From Promethearchaeia archaeon (GTDB lineage Archaea; Asgardarchaeota; Lokiarchaeia; Sigyniarchaeales; SOKP01), in NCBI GenBank assembly GCA_029856125.1, contig JAHQWJ010000065.1:1-34024 (forward strand): 34,024 bases of DNA, written 5' to 3'. Both the position numbers and the translations under genes were made by a program. Each line of letters starts with the position of its first letter. The first letter of the stretch is position 1. Below, piece by piece: positions 1 to 9,375 of the stretch. The notes under the pieces are model-generated. The model saw only the letters and a list, made by a program, of their open reading frames with translations, was not told the origin of the DNA and ran no database searches.

Positions 1-111
1 AGCTAATTCCCCTTTAAATGGTGGATTTTTCCTACGAATTAAAATTATGTGATTTTCAGGGTATTTTATAACAGCGTCAACAGCTACTAGTGGAGTTATA
101 GGTTTTGGCAT
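1..111 (-). CDS. NUDIX hydrolase (ADP-ribose pyrophosphatase-like), N-terminal part; runs off the window
   Basis: Not in the ORF track. Hand translation from ATG at 111 gives MPKPITPLVAVDAVIKYPENHIILIRRKNPPFKGELA, the typical P-x-x-A-V-D-x-V-I...L-I-R-R-x-x-x-P-F-K-G segment preceding LPGG and the Nudix box. The start lies 2 nt after the stop of the upstream gene. Confidence 0.8.
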   Translation of the reverse strand, partial: MPKPITPLVAVDAVIKYPENHIILIRRKNPPFKGELA

Positions 112-113
112 TA

Positions 114-920
114 TTAATCATCCCACACAACTGAGCTCAATAGATGTTCTATACGCGTTCGACGCGGCCTTACAAATTTTGTACGCCCTAACTTTCGTTC
201 TAAAAGCAGATGCCTTTCGAGGTTTGTAGAATTTACCATATATACTTCAAGATCACCTTCATTCAAAATAATGTGATTGAAGCTAGGACTATCGTCTGCT
301 CTAACTTTATTGGAAGTAGATGTGCCACAGTAGAGGAATGTTGTTGGTCCGATTACGTAAGCGTGTGGAACGTGTCTATGTCCCATTAAAACCAAATCTA
401 ACTCAAATAGTTGGGTAAATTCGAGAATTTCTCCAGCGTCTCTTACGGTTGTGAATTTTTGTCCAGAAAGAGGTACGGGGATTAAGTGATGGTGCAATGC
501 CATTATTCTATTTTCGAGGTTTTTGTTAAATTGGCGACCGACCCAATCCAATTGTTCATCTCCGCATTCTCCATGACTTATATCGTCTCTAGCGCTGCAA
601 ATACCGACGATTAGAGTGTCCTTATCTTCTAGGATTAATCTTGATCTTCTTGGACCAATAAGTCTTTCGAAAAAGATTATTCCACTATTCTTTACGTCGT
701 GATTCCCAGGCACCGCTAAGAATCTTGTAGCTTCTCGAATTCTATTTATATAGGGTAAAATCCCTTTAAATTGAGTTATTCTTCCTTTATGTATTAGATC
801 TCCAGTGCATATTACAGCATCAGGAGAATTATATTCAATATATTTGATAACATTTTCCATATATTCAGGTACAAACTCAGAACCATAATGTAAATCGCTT
901 ATTTGTATGAGATTAACCAT
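114..920 (-). CDS. Calcineurin-like metallophosphoesterase (CpdA/Icc-like)
   Basis: All five family motifs are present in order: SDLH, TGD, GNHD, LHHH, GHRH. Confidence 0.9.
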   Translation of the reverse strand: MVNLIQISDLHYGSEFVPEYMENVIKYIEYNSPDAVICTGDLIHKGRITQFKGILPYINRIREATRFLAVPGNHDVKNSGIIFFERLIGPRRSRLILEDKDTLIVGICSARDDISHGECGDEQLDWVGRQFNKNLENRIMALHHHLIPVPLSGQKFTTVRDAGEILEFTQLFELDLVLMGHRHVPHAYVIGPTTFLYCGTSTSNKVRADDSPSFNHIILNEGDLEVYMVNSTNLERHLLLERKLGRTKFVRPRRTRIEHLLSSVVWDD

Positions 921-1094
921 TTGAGAACATCCACTCTTGTACGAAATATTATGTATATTAGGTGTTTTAATACATATTAAATTTTAACCTACAATAAAGA
1001 ATGTTAATTTTCACTTAGAAAAATTTTACTAATAAGTCGCTACAAAAAAAATAACTCTCAAAATGAGTTTAAAAGACCATAATTTGTCCATTTC

Positions 1095-1271
1095 TTATGC
1101 ACATAATTGCTCATTAAAAACATGTTGCTCTTTTCTAGATTGAGATATTTTATCCAAAAACAATTTATCTTTACAATCTACGCACATATTTTTAACCTTT
1201 AGCCACCTAATTTGGCCGCATTCAGGGCATATAAATTCTTGATATACTAATTTCATGTTAATTTTCACCAT
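1095..1271 (-). CDS. Small zinc-ribbon protein (53-58 aa)
   Basis: Below the ORF-track cutoff. (MVKIN)MKLVYQEFICPECGQIRWLKVKNMCVDCKDKLFLDKISQSRKEQHVFNEQLCA has CPxCG and CxxC. ATG at 1271 overlaps the upstream TAA; an alternative ATG at 1256 follows GGTGA. Confidence 0.7.
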   Translation of the reverse strand: MVKINMKLVYQEFICPECGQIRWLKVKNMCVDCKDKLFLDKISQSRKEQHVFNEQLCA

Positions 1272-1441
1272 TATATTCTATTATATTTTAAGATTTTAAC
1301 AATATCGAGATTAAGCCGGTCTATCATATTGTCAATAGATTTCTCAAGCGGTGTTTCTGTTAGATTTCTGCTGAGTTTTAAATAATCTACCTTTTTTTCT
1401 GTTAAATCTTCTGATATTACTTCAAACATATTTAATCTCAT
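1271..1441 (-). CDS. Small hypothetical protein (52-56 aa)
   Basis: Hand translation: MRLNMFEVISEDLTEKKVDYLKLSRNLTETPLEKSIDNMIDRLNLDIVKILKYNRI. Its stop overlaps the next ATG (TAATG). Confidence 0.45.
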   Translation of the reverse strand: MRLNMFEVISEDLTEKKVDYLKLSRNLTETPLEKSIDNMIDRLNLDIVKILKYNRI

Positions 1442-1623
1442 ATTTTCTTTTTCATCTTAATTAAAATAAGATTATTGCTCGATTTAAACGATTTCGACGT
1501 AGTATATAGAATCTATATAGATAGAAAATATAAGTAGAAGTTAGAAGAAAGTAAATTTTGCATGATATTATGAAAAAATATATATTGCATTATTAAAAAT
1601 TTCTATTGGATCGTGTGGATAGT

Positions 1624-4581
1624 TTAACTCTTTATTAATTTCTCTTTAATATGATTTACCAGATCGTCAACCTTTAATTCCTTATCCCCAATAAACACTT
1701 GTCCATAATCAACCTTGCCACCACCCTTACCTTTATATCTCGAAGCGATGGTCTTAACAAAATTTCCCATGTTAAAGTTGGATCTTTTTAAAAGTCCTTT
1801 TCCTACCATTCCAATTATAGTAATGCCTTTCTTGTCTTTATTGATAAAAATTGTGCTTAAATCTTCAGATTTACGGAGAACTTTCACGCTTAGGTTCTTA
1901 AGATCGTTTGGAGAAAGATTTTCGAAGGATCTAAGAATCATTTTAGAATCGTATAATGAAAAAGCTGATTTTATAAGAGTTTCGACGAATTTTTCGTCAA
2001 GTAAGTTTTCCACTTCTTTTAATTTTGCCTTAGCACCGTTCCATTCGTCATATAATTTTTTTACTTTCGAGTAAATATCTTCTTTTTTAGTATTTAGAAT
2101 TCGAGATAATTCCGTTAAGATTTCCACTTCACTTATATTACTTGAATTCAACACCATATCCGTTTCATCAAGTTTTCCATTCTGTAATGCTTTGTTCAAG
2201 TTTTTCCACTTGTTTAGTAATTCTTCAACTCGACCTACAATTTTATTCTGGGGAATTTCCAATAATGATTGTAATTGGGTTAAGCTTAGAGATTCTTCGG
2301 CTTCAAGTTCTTTAGTGGCAGATCCTGCAGTAAATGTCAATCTCACGATACCATCCTGAATTTTTTGAGTTTTAATTATTTTAATTCTTCCGGTCTCTGA
2401 AGTATTATTCAAGTGCGTACCACCACAAGCTTCTACATCTACACCCGGAATCTCAACGATTCTAATGTTTTTTCCAGGAACAGCACCCCCTTGGTAAATT
2501 GCCATACCATATTTTTGTTCAGCTTCAGAGCGGGGTAAAAAAAATAGGTTCATATCAATTGCTTTATCAACTATTTCATTTGCTTTTTTTTCTATTTTTA
2601 AAAGATTTTCTCGAGAAATTTGTTCGTAATGAGTAATATCCAAATTGGAATGTTTCATAGTCTTCTTAGCTCCAGCTTGATTAATGTGGGCTCCTAATAC
2701 AAAGCGAGTAGCAGCATTTACAATATGAGTTGCAGTATGATGTTGAGAAAGTTGAATACGCCAGTTTTTATCAACTTCAACTTTTACCATCTCTCCTTCT
2801 TTGAATTTAGGTTTTTCAGATAAAACATGAATAACATGGTTACCCTGTTTAATCACACTATTGAATTTTTGACCTTCTATTGTTCCAATATCGTGTAATT
2901 GACCACCTGAAGTAGGATAAGCAACTGATTGATCAAGGATTACATTGTTTCCAACTAGTTTTAAAACTCTAGCATCATTAGATGTTTCAGTATAATCGTA
3001 ATAGTAAAGAGGTTTGGTTTCTAAAACATTACTTAAATCTATTTTGATTTCGTTTAATGTAGCGTCGATTTTTTCTCTATTTTCGTGTCTTTCAACTACT
3101 AGACTATAAAAATTGTCAGGAATTTTGATTTTTTTACCAAATTTGGTCGCAGCGTCTTTAACCATCTCTGGATTTATTCCTCTAGAATCATAAATTTCTA
3201 TCAATGTTTCGGTCGAAATATCTCCTTCAGCAAGTAGTTTTTCTAACATTTTACTCGCTTTTCGTTTTGTAGTATAATACTTTTCTTTTTCAACGCTTAA
3301 AATCTTCTTTATTTCATCTAACCGTCCAGAAACTTCCGGAAATAATTCCTCTAGTTCTTTCGCATGCCAAATGCATACATCGGAAATTTCAATGTCCCAC
3401 CCAAATTTATCGATAAAGTTTAGAGCACGTCTTAAAATAACTCTAAGATTATATCCTCCACCTACATTAGAAGGGAGTTTTCCATCGTTAATTGCAAATA
3501 GTAAAGTTCTAGCGTGATCAGCAATAGAATATATCGCTGTCATAGGTAAAATTTTTTGTTTTAACTCATTTACATCTATTTTAAGCTCAATTCCTACTTT
3601 CTCCCAGGCAGCATCCATGTCGTCTACTTCATCAATGTTTAAATAAGCCGAATATCGTGAAAAATCGTTATATAACTCAAAATGTGTTTTAACTTTGGTT
3701 ATATCTTTTAATTTAGAGATTACTTGCGGAAATGTTGCTTCGTAAATGTTTGGGGTTCCTTGGGAGAACCATGCTACACGCTCTTGACCTAACCCCATAT
3801 CTAACACTTTTAAACTCAGTTCTCGAGGACCATCTGGAGTTTGCTCAAACATGGTATACACTTGATTGAACAATTCAACACCTCTACTAAAAAATTCAAG
3901 ACTGCAACCAAAAGACCCACCCCCTGCCCAACTGTCTTCGTGAATCGTGATTTCTTCCTTTGGTAAACCTACACCTTCGTGGATAAAAGCATGAATATCT
4001 AAAAAGAGTTCTCCTTGATCCCACTCTTCAGGTGGCACGAAAACATGTTGTCCTATCATTATAAAACCTGTGTTATGTGAACCAGTCAATCCTACATTTT
4101 CAATATCGTTAAATCTTAAACAGAACTGAGGTATTATTAATTTTTTTGCAGGTGGTTCAACTTCACCAGTAATAACATAAGGTTGAAAAGCAGAGATTGA
4201 AGCGATAGTGAATTCTGAAGTAGGGTTCCATCTTGCTACGCACGGGTACCTTTTAATAGGGACATATCCCCGAGGCTCTAGTATCTCAACAATCTTTTTC
4301 CATACACCAATATAGGAGAGTTTCACTTTTGCAGGATTATTAACGGTGACTTGAAACCCCCCAGAACAAACAGGATCTCCACAAACCTTTCTATCATGGA
4401 TGGTTGTCCAGAAATAAGCGCCACAACATTCACATTGCCTCCTAGTGTAACCTAAATCTTTCAGTTCCTCGGTTGGAAAAAATTCGTCGGGATTCTTTGA
4501 TGCGATTAATTTAAATATTTTTTTGAGCTCCTTATCGTTAGTAGCGCCTTTTAATTGCGTTCTATCTTCGTCGGATAACAT
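1624..4581 (-). CDS. alaS: Alanine--tRNA ligase, archaeal type
   Basis: N-terminal CxxC...C...C, FTIASIS..QP, QFCLRFNDIENVGLTG-H, DMGLGQER, IADHART, PSNVGGGYNLR, editing-domain QHHTATH and EACGGTH, C-Ala GKGGGK. Start taken at ATG 4581 (ORF track opens at 4611). Confidence 0.97.
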   Translation of the reverse strand: MLSDEDRTQLKGATNDKELKKIFKLIASKNPDEFFPTEELKDLGYTRRQCECCGAYFWTTIHDRKVCGDPVCSGGFQVTVNNPAKVKLSYIGVWKKIVEILEPRGYVPIKRYPCVARWNPTSEFTIASISAFQPYVITGEVEPPAKKLIIPQFCLRFNDIENVGLTGSHNTGFIMIGQHVFVPPEEWDQGELFLDIHAFIHEGVGLPKEEITIHEDSWAGGGSFGCSLEFFSRGVELFNQVYTMFEQTPDGPRELSLKVLDMGLGQERVAWFSQGTPNIYEATFPQVISKLKDITKVKTHFELYNDFSRYSAYLNIDEVDDMDAAWEKVGIELKIDVNELKQKILPMTAIYSIADHARTLLFAINDGKLPSNVGGGYNLRVILRRALNFIDKFGWDIEISDVCIWHAKELEELFPEVSGRLDEIKKILSVEKEKYYTTKRKASKMLEKLLAEGDISTETLIEIYDSRGINPEMVKDAATKFGKKIKIPDNFYSLVVERHENREKIDATLNEIKIDLSNVLETKPLYYYDYTETSNDARVLKLVGNNVILDQSVAYPTSGGQLHDIGTIEGQKFNSVIKQGNHVIHVLSEKPKFKEGEMVKVEVDKNWRIQLSQHHTATHIVNAATRFVLGAHINQAGAKKTMKHSNLDITHYEQISRENLLKIEKKANEIVDKAIDMNLFFLPRSEAEQKYGMAIYQGGAVPGKNIRIVEIPGVDVEACGGTHLNNTSETGRIKIIKTQKIQDGIVRLTFTAGSATKELEAEESLSLTQLQSLLEIPQNKIVGRVEELLNKWKNLNKALQNGKLDETDMVLNSSNISEVEILTELSRILNTKKEDIYSKVKKLYDEWNGAKAKLKEVENLLDEKFVETLIKSAFSLYDSKMILRSFENLSPNDLKNLSVKVLRKSEDLSTIFINKDKKGITIIGMVGKGLLKRSNFNMGNFVKTIASRYKGKGGGKVDYGQVFIGDKELKVDDLVNHIKEKLIKS

Positions 4582-4837
4582 GTTAATCAAAAGCGAAGTA
4601 TTGATGATCATCTGATATTATTAATTTATACAATTAATGTTTTCCTAAAATCTTTTTCTCAAAATTTAGGACGTCAAATTTGAAAGTAGGTATAATATAA
4701 CCGCAAAGTTTTTTTCAAGACCAATTTGAATATGTTATTTTTTGACGGAATTGTTAAGGTTTTAATAGAAAACGATCATAATATTTCTTAACATTTCGAA
4801 TCCAAGATTAGAAAATATTTAGAAAGGTGAAAATAAT

Positions 4838-5146
4838 ATGGTAAAAATTATGATGGTTGCAAAATACCCTCCTCATAAGGCAAACGAGTTATTGAAAGTA
4901 TATATGTCAACTGACAAGCCTGCATACCCTGACTTCTTGAAAAAAGTAGAACATTGGGTCCCACAAATAACTGATGAAAAATATAAAACATACGCAGTAT
5001 ACGAGTGTCCAGATGATAAAATAATCGAAAGTATGGCAGCTTTATCTAAAAGATTTGGCTTTTATGCTTCTATAGAGGGATATACTTTTAAAATTGAGAT
5101 ACTTATGAATGCAGAAGATGCCATTAAATATACATTAGGGAAATAG
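4838..5146 (+). CDS. Hypothetical protein, possibly a dimeric alpha/beta-barrel (ferredoxin-like) fold
   Basis: Clean 102-aa ORF with GGTGA upstream of ATG and a T-run downstream. The fold guess rests on the alternating strand/helix pattern only. Confidence 0.6.
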   Translation: MVKIMMVAKYPPHKANELLKVYMSTDKPAYPDFLKKVEHWVPQITDEKYKTYAVYECPDDKIIESMAALSKRFGFYASIEGYTFKIEILMNAEDAIKYTLGK

Positions 5147-5193
5147 ATCTTTAAAAATAATACATATTTCTTTTTTTTAGTTTGGTTTAAACC

Positions 5194-5631
5194 TTATAGA
5201 TCTAAAATTTGAAGTCGAGAATATCCATCTTTTACGAAATCGTAATCGAGAAGCTCGATCTTCTCTGGAATGATCTTCAAGAGGAGTTTTCTCCTTCCAC
5301 GCACTATTTTTTGAGCTTCGTCAAAGCCTTTATCCCCTTCCCTTAAAAGGATCAGTCTTTCTTTCCTGGATGCTGTAATTTGCATGCCCTGTATTTTACC
5401 AGTGTCCATTGGTGTATATATTCCAACACTGATATTAGGATTTTCTTCAATATTTTTTACCTTTCTCCCAGGAGCAGGTCCTACATATATATTGAAATCA
5501 GTAGATTTCTTATCCATATAAAAATCCATAGGTGTTGCGCGAGGTGTATTGTCCGAGCAAGTACAAAGTACGAGTATTTTTCTTTTATTTAAAAAATCTT
5601 GAATTGCTTTTTTTAAATCAGCTTCTGGCAT
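5194..5631 (-). CDS. Pyridoxamine 5'-phosphate oxidase-like FMN/F420-binding split-barrel protein
   Basis: VLCTCSDNTPRATPM...GRKVKNIEENPNISVGI...GMQI, the characteristic PNPOx-family pattern. Confidence 0.85.
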   Translation of the reverse strand: MPEADLKKAIQDFLNKRKILVLCTCSDNTPRATPMDFYMDKKSTDFNIYVGPAPGRKVKNIEENPNISVGIYTPMDTGKIQGMQITASRKERLILLREGDKGFDEAQKIVRGRRKLLLKIIPEKIELLDYDFVKDGYSRLQILDL

Positions 5632-5751
5632 TTTATTTCCTATGATAGATTCACCTTAATGCTATTGCTATTAGTTATAAGAGTTTTTTTAAAAAAAGGT
5701 TATGGAAGGATGAAAATTGATTATTAAATACTGATATTATATTGAATATCA

Positions 5752-6894
5752 TTAAAGTTGGTTAATGTTAGAGTGTGGAAATTCAGTTCCATCTATTGCC
5801 GCTTGAACATATGGCGAAATTGGGCCTCGACCTAACGCCATAATCCTAATTTTAGAGCCTAGGGCTGGATTTAAGGATGTTCCGAATTTAAGAGACGCTG
5901 TATCTGGGATTTCGCTGGAAATTGTTGAGATAATCTTGTCTATCTTAGATAATGATAATTGATGATCGCCAGAAACGGAAACTATGCATTTATCAACTTT
6001 TTTTGTGTCCGGTTCTAAAAGAGGATTGTGTATTGCTAGTTTAGCCTTTTTTATTAAATCAAATTCTTCTCCTAAAGATTCTGTAATACCGATTAGCCCA
6101 GAAGGATAATTTCCCTTTTTTTCTAGCACTTTTCTAACATCTGCGTAATCGATATTAATCAAACCACAGTTATTTATCAGATTTATTATTTCTTTAATGG
6201 ATCGAATTAATACTTCATCCATTATTTTAAAACCAGCTAGAACGGGAAGTTTTTGGTTAAAACGGAGAAGGTTATCGTTTGGAATAGGGATTAAAGTATC
6301 AGTATATTTCATGAGTTCCTCAAGACCTTTTCTTGCTATTAAACTTCGTTCGACTCCTTCAGATCTAAAAGGAACTGAACAAAACGACACAACCGTGGCA
6401 TTATTTTTTTTCGCTTCCCTAGCAATAATAGGTGCTGCTCCAGTGCCGGTGCCACCACCCAAGCCAAAAGTAAGGAAAACTACGTCAGCATTTAACGCTT
6501 GAGAAAGACGATCTACATCTTCTTCAGCAGCCGCACTACCAATGCTGGGATCGTTACCAGACCCTAATCCGTTGCAAATTTCTTTTCCAATTAAAAGTTT
6601 TTTGTTAGAATTTGAGTAATATAAATCGTGAGCATCCGTATTAATAGTGAGAGTCTCGATCCAATCAGAGTCAATATCGAGCATTCTTGATACGGTGTTA
6701 TTCCCAGCTCCACCGACCCCAATAACTAAAGACTTAATTTTTAAAACTTTTAGCAGATCTGCTAGATAAGTGTCGTCATCTAGATTTGAAGATTTGGTAG
6801 AATTTATATTGTGGTTGGCAATTTCTCTAAATCGGGATCTAACAGATTCTCTCGATTTTACAATATCGCTTAGATCAAATTCGTCGTTTTTCAT
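5752..6894 (-). CDS. ftsZ: Cell division GTPase FtsZ
   Basis: IGVGGAGNN, INTD, tubulin signature GLGGGTGTGAAP, PF-x-x-EG, T7 loop GLINIDYADV. Confidence 0.93.
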   Translation of the reverse strand: MKNDEFDLSDIVKSRESVRSRFREIANHNINSTKSSNLDDDTYLADLLKVLKIKSLVIGVGGAGNNTVSRMLDIDSDWIETLTINTDAHDLYYSNSNKKLLIGKEICNGLGSGNDPSIGSAAAEEDVDRLSQALNADVVFLTFGLGGGTGTGAAPIIAREAKKNNATVVSFCSVPFRSEGVERSLIARKGLEELMKYTDTLIPIPNDNLLRFNQKLPVLAGFKIMDEVLIRSIKEIINLINNCGLINIDYADVRKVLEKKGNYPSGLIGITESLGEEFDLIKKAKLAIHNPLLEPDTKKVDKCIVSVSGDHQLSLSKIDKIISTISSEIPDTASLKFGTSLNPALGSKIRIMALGRGPISPYVQAAIDGTEFPHSNINQL

Positions 6895-7092
6895 TAATCA
6901 TTACCATAATATGGAGTAATTAGCTATATAATACGCTAATAATACATATCAAAATTTATATTATTAATATAGGTGTTATTTGGGTAATATATTTGAAATA
7001 CGTCAAATTTCCGCTTGGTTGCGTGATAAAAAGGATAAATCTTGAAGTGAATAAATTTAAAAGGTTGTAATTTATGTGTTATATGCTCGGGG

Positions 7093-7341
7093 TTGATTAA
7101 AACGGAAATTGAAATGAATAAGAATGCAACTGAACAAACTTTTGATAGTCCAGAAATGGAGGACATAATTAATGTTCGAGCGATTATTAGCTGTCCCTCC
7201 GGAGATTATCAAAAAAAGTTTAAGAATAAATTCTCAAGAAAAGATGTGGAACTTCAAGTTGTTGCACTTAAGATATTCGATTTTTTAACTTGCTCTAAGT
7301 GCGGAGAACTTTTAGATCTTAATTTAGAATTTGAAATATAG
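7093..7341 (+). CDS. Small protein with a zinc-ribbon-like Cys pattern
   Basis: CPSG...CSKCG; divergent from ftsZ. The real start may be ATG 7114. Confidence 0.6.
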   Translation: MIKTEIEMNKNATEQTFDSPEMEDIINVRAIISCPSGDYQKKFKNKFSRKDVELQVVALKIFDFLTCSKCGELLDLNLEFEI

Positions 7342-7564
7342 CAGATTTAACATACATCACCAGATCGCAATCATAGAGAAATCGCACACATAAATACGGA
7401 ACATTCTCTTTTTTCTCAAACTCTAAATTAAATTTTAAAAGTAACTAGCGATATTATATAAACAATTAATTTGATGAAAATAGAGTTTAATATAAAAATT
7501 ATAGAATTTTTTAAAAATTATAAATTTTTATTTATATTGTAATTAAAAATTAAAGTGATTATTA

Positions 7565-7738
7565 ATGAAATTTAGGATATTTAGAAGGAAAATTTCAAAA
7601 ACCAATTCAAAAGAAAATATGAATAATTTAAGTGCTGGTGACCTTCTTGAAGAAGCTGCTGATAATAGTAATGATGGGGCTAATGGTAGTGGTATATCTG
7701 GAGGATCCTATGATGATGGATCAAAACCAGAAAATTAA
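7565..7738 (+). CDS. Putative 57-aa peptide with a basic N-terminus and acidic/Gly-Ser-rich C-terminus
   Basis: Not in the track. MKFRIFRRKISKTNSKENMNNLSAGDLLEEAADNSNDGANGSGISGGSYDDGSKPEN; GTGA upstream; visibly G-richer than the AT-rich flanks. Confidence 0.45.
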   Translation: MKFRIFRRKISKTNSKENMNNLSAGDLLEEAADNSNDGANGSGISGGSYDDGSKPEN

Positions 7739-7929
7739 AGAAATACAATAATTTTAATTAATTTTGACTCATCGTTAGTATCTATTTTGCTTTTTTCTAT
7801 AGATGGTGGATTTTCTGAGGGGATTTTTACAATTTCCTGATGGGATTCACTATCAAAATTTAACAGAGAAAGGCTAGCGCATTACAATCCAATATGAACG
7901 AGTATTTCAATTAAAAACATTCATATATA

Positions 7930-7991
7930 TTCCAATTTATTTCTGCAAAAATTTCCAGTCTATTAAGAAAAAATTCCAGTTTATTATGGAA
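7930..7991. repeat. Three imperfect direct repeats TTCCA(A/G)T(T/C)TATT; the last forms TTCCA-N8-TGGAA
   Basis: Copies start at 7930, 7953 and 7974 (spacing 23 and 21 nt). Confidence 0.4.
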
Positions 7992-8040
7992 AACAGTTTG
8001 CTTTTCTTTTTAACAAGAAGTAAAATTAAACTTTGGAAAG

Positions 8041-9351
8041 TTATATTTCGAGTTGAATTTGCCCATAAGTTCCTCCTCCACCAGGAGTGTATTCAACTTT
8101 ATTATTTCTTATTGCTTCGATAACCGTGGCAATATTCTCGTCAAATTTTTTGATTTCTTCAATTTCTTTATCAATTAAAATATCAAATTCGGTGCCTAGT
8201 TCATTTACCATTTTATCATATGATTTTAAAACTGTAACACTATTAGTGCTCTTAATTTTTTTAACCGCTCGAATTATATCCATTAAAGGAACTGCATTGA
8301 CGTATGGAGGCCTATGATTTGGATGTATTGTTTCGGCTGAAGTAGAAATAACATCTATTCTTTCACTGACTCCTAACTTTATTTTGATGTTTTTGTTAAT
8401 TTTTTCTTTACAAGCAGGACACACAATTTTCCCCTTGGATACGTTGTTAATATATGCTTTTCTCGCATTTAAGGGATTTTCTGACACTATTTTTATGAAT
8501 TCTTCTGAAATAGTATATTCATTAAAAAGTGTATCTTTAGTTTTTTCTGATTTACCGAACATTATTCTTCTTCTACATTTGTTGCAGAACATGTTATAAT
8601 ATTTTCCTAGCTTCGGGTGAAGTCCTACATTTAGTTCAATCTTGCGTTGATTTTTTCTTTCTAAGGCTAGTGCTAGTTCATAAAACGAAGGGTTTTCCAT
8701 CCTAATTTTGTTAAATTCTCTTCCTAAAGAGCGAGGACTTTCAGAATGTGCATCGCTATTGCTCAGAAAAGATATGTTTTTAAGAGAATCTAATTTATCA
8801 GCTAAATCTGTATTAGCTGAAAGTCCTAATTCTAAAAATTTCACTTTTTTAACGGCATCCTGATAGCATTGTTCGAGAGTTGCGTACTTATTTTGGCGAA
8901 AAATTGCTCTAAATGGAGTAAAAGCATGAGCAGGACCTATCATAGCTCCAAAATCTGTGATGATGTCAACTAGTTCTGCAGGAGGTAAATTTACCCTTGG
9001 GCGACCCCCCCATTCACCCAAAATATTTTTTGAATACGGTTTAAATTTTTTTTGGACTTCTCTTACGGTTGAAAAATCAGGAAAAAAAACCACTTCGTGA
9101 ATACTATCTTGATCTTCTATTTCGGTTTGTAAAATGAAAAAGAGATCCTTATACGAGAATGTCCCATTGTCGTCTTTTTTCAAATTCTTTTCTAAATACT
9201 TTAACCAATCCGGTTGCAACACATCTCCTGTTCCAAGGATATGAAGCCCTTTTTTCTTACCGGTTTCGACCATTGTATCTAAATTAAGTTTTTTAGATAC
9301 TGCAATTGAATGAGGTGAGTGGATGTGTAAGTCAGCATTAAATGAATCCAT
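8041..9351 (-). CDS. Endonuclease Q family protein (PHP domain + zinc finger + helical domain)
   Basis: ADLHIHS, GTGD, PAHAFTP, ELGLS, NSDAHS, LGREFN, GKY, CxxC...CxxC, GVSERI, HRPPY, terminal PGGGGTYG. Confidence 0.88.
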   Translation of the reverse strand: MDSFNADLHIHSPHSIAVSKKLNLDTMVETGKKKGLHILGTGDVLQPDWLKYLEKNLKKDDNGTFSYKDLFFILQTEIEDQDSIHEVVFFPDFSTVREVQKKFKPYSKNILGEWGGRPRVNLPPAELVDIITDFGAMIGPAHAFTPFRAIFRQNKYATLEQCYQDAVKKVKFLELGLSANTDLADKLDSLKNISFLSNSDAHSESPRSLGREFNKIRMENPSFYELALALERKNQRKIELNVGLHPKLGKYYNMFCNKCRRRIMFGKSEKTKDTLFNEYTISEEFIKIVSENPLNARKAYINNVSKGKIVCPACKEKINKNIKIKLGVSERIDVISTSAETIHPNHRPPYVNAVPLMDIIRAVKKIKSTNSVTVLKSYDKMVNELGTEFDILIDKEIEEIKKFDENIATVIEAIRNNKVEYTPGGGGTYGQIQLEI

Positions 9352-9375
9352 TAGTAAATTTAAAACTAGAATTGA

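Noticed and set aside
6936-7166. 76-aa minus-strand ORF upstream of ftsZ
   Set aside because: It overlaps the better-supported plus-strand gene and the divergent promoter region; no motifs.
7480-7565. Imperfect AT-only palindrome
   Set aside because: Expected by chance in such AT-rich DNA.
7735-7920. Possible minus-strand gene remnant (MFLIEILVHIGL-stop-CASLSLLNFDSESHQEIVKIPSENPP...)
   Set aside because: Internal TAA, short, and no recognisable homology; cannot be supported as a pseudogene.
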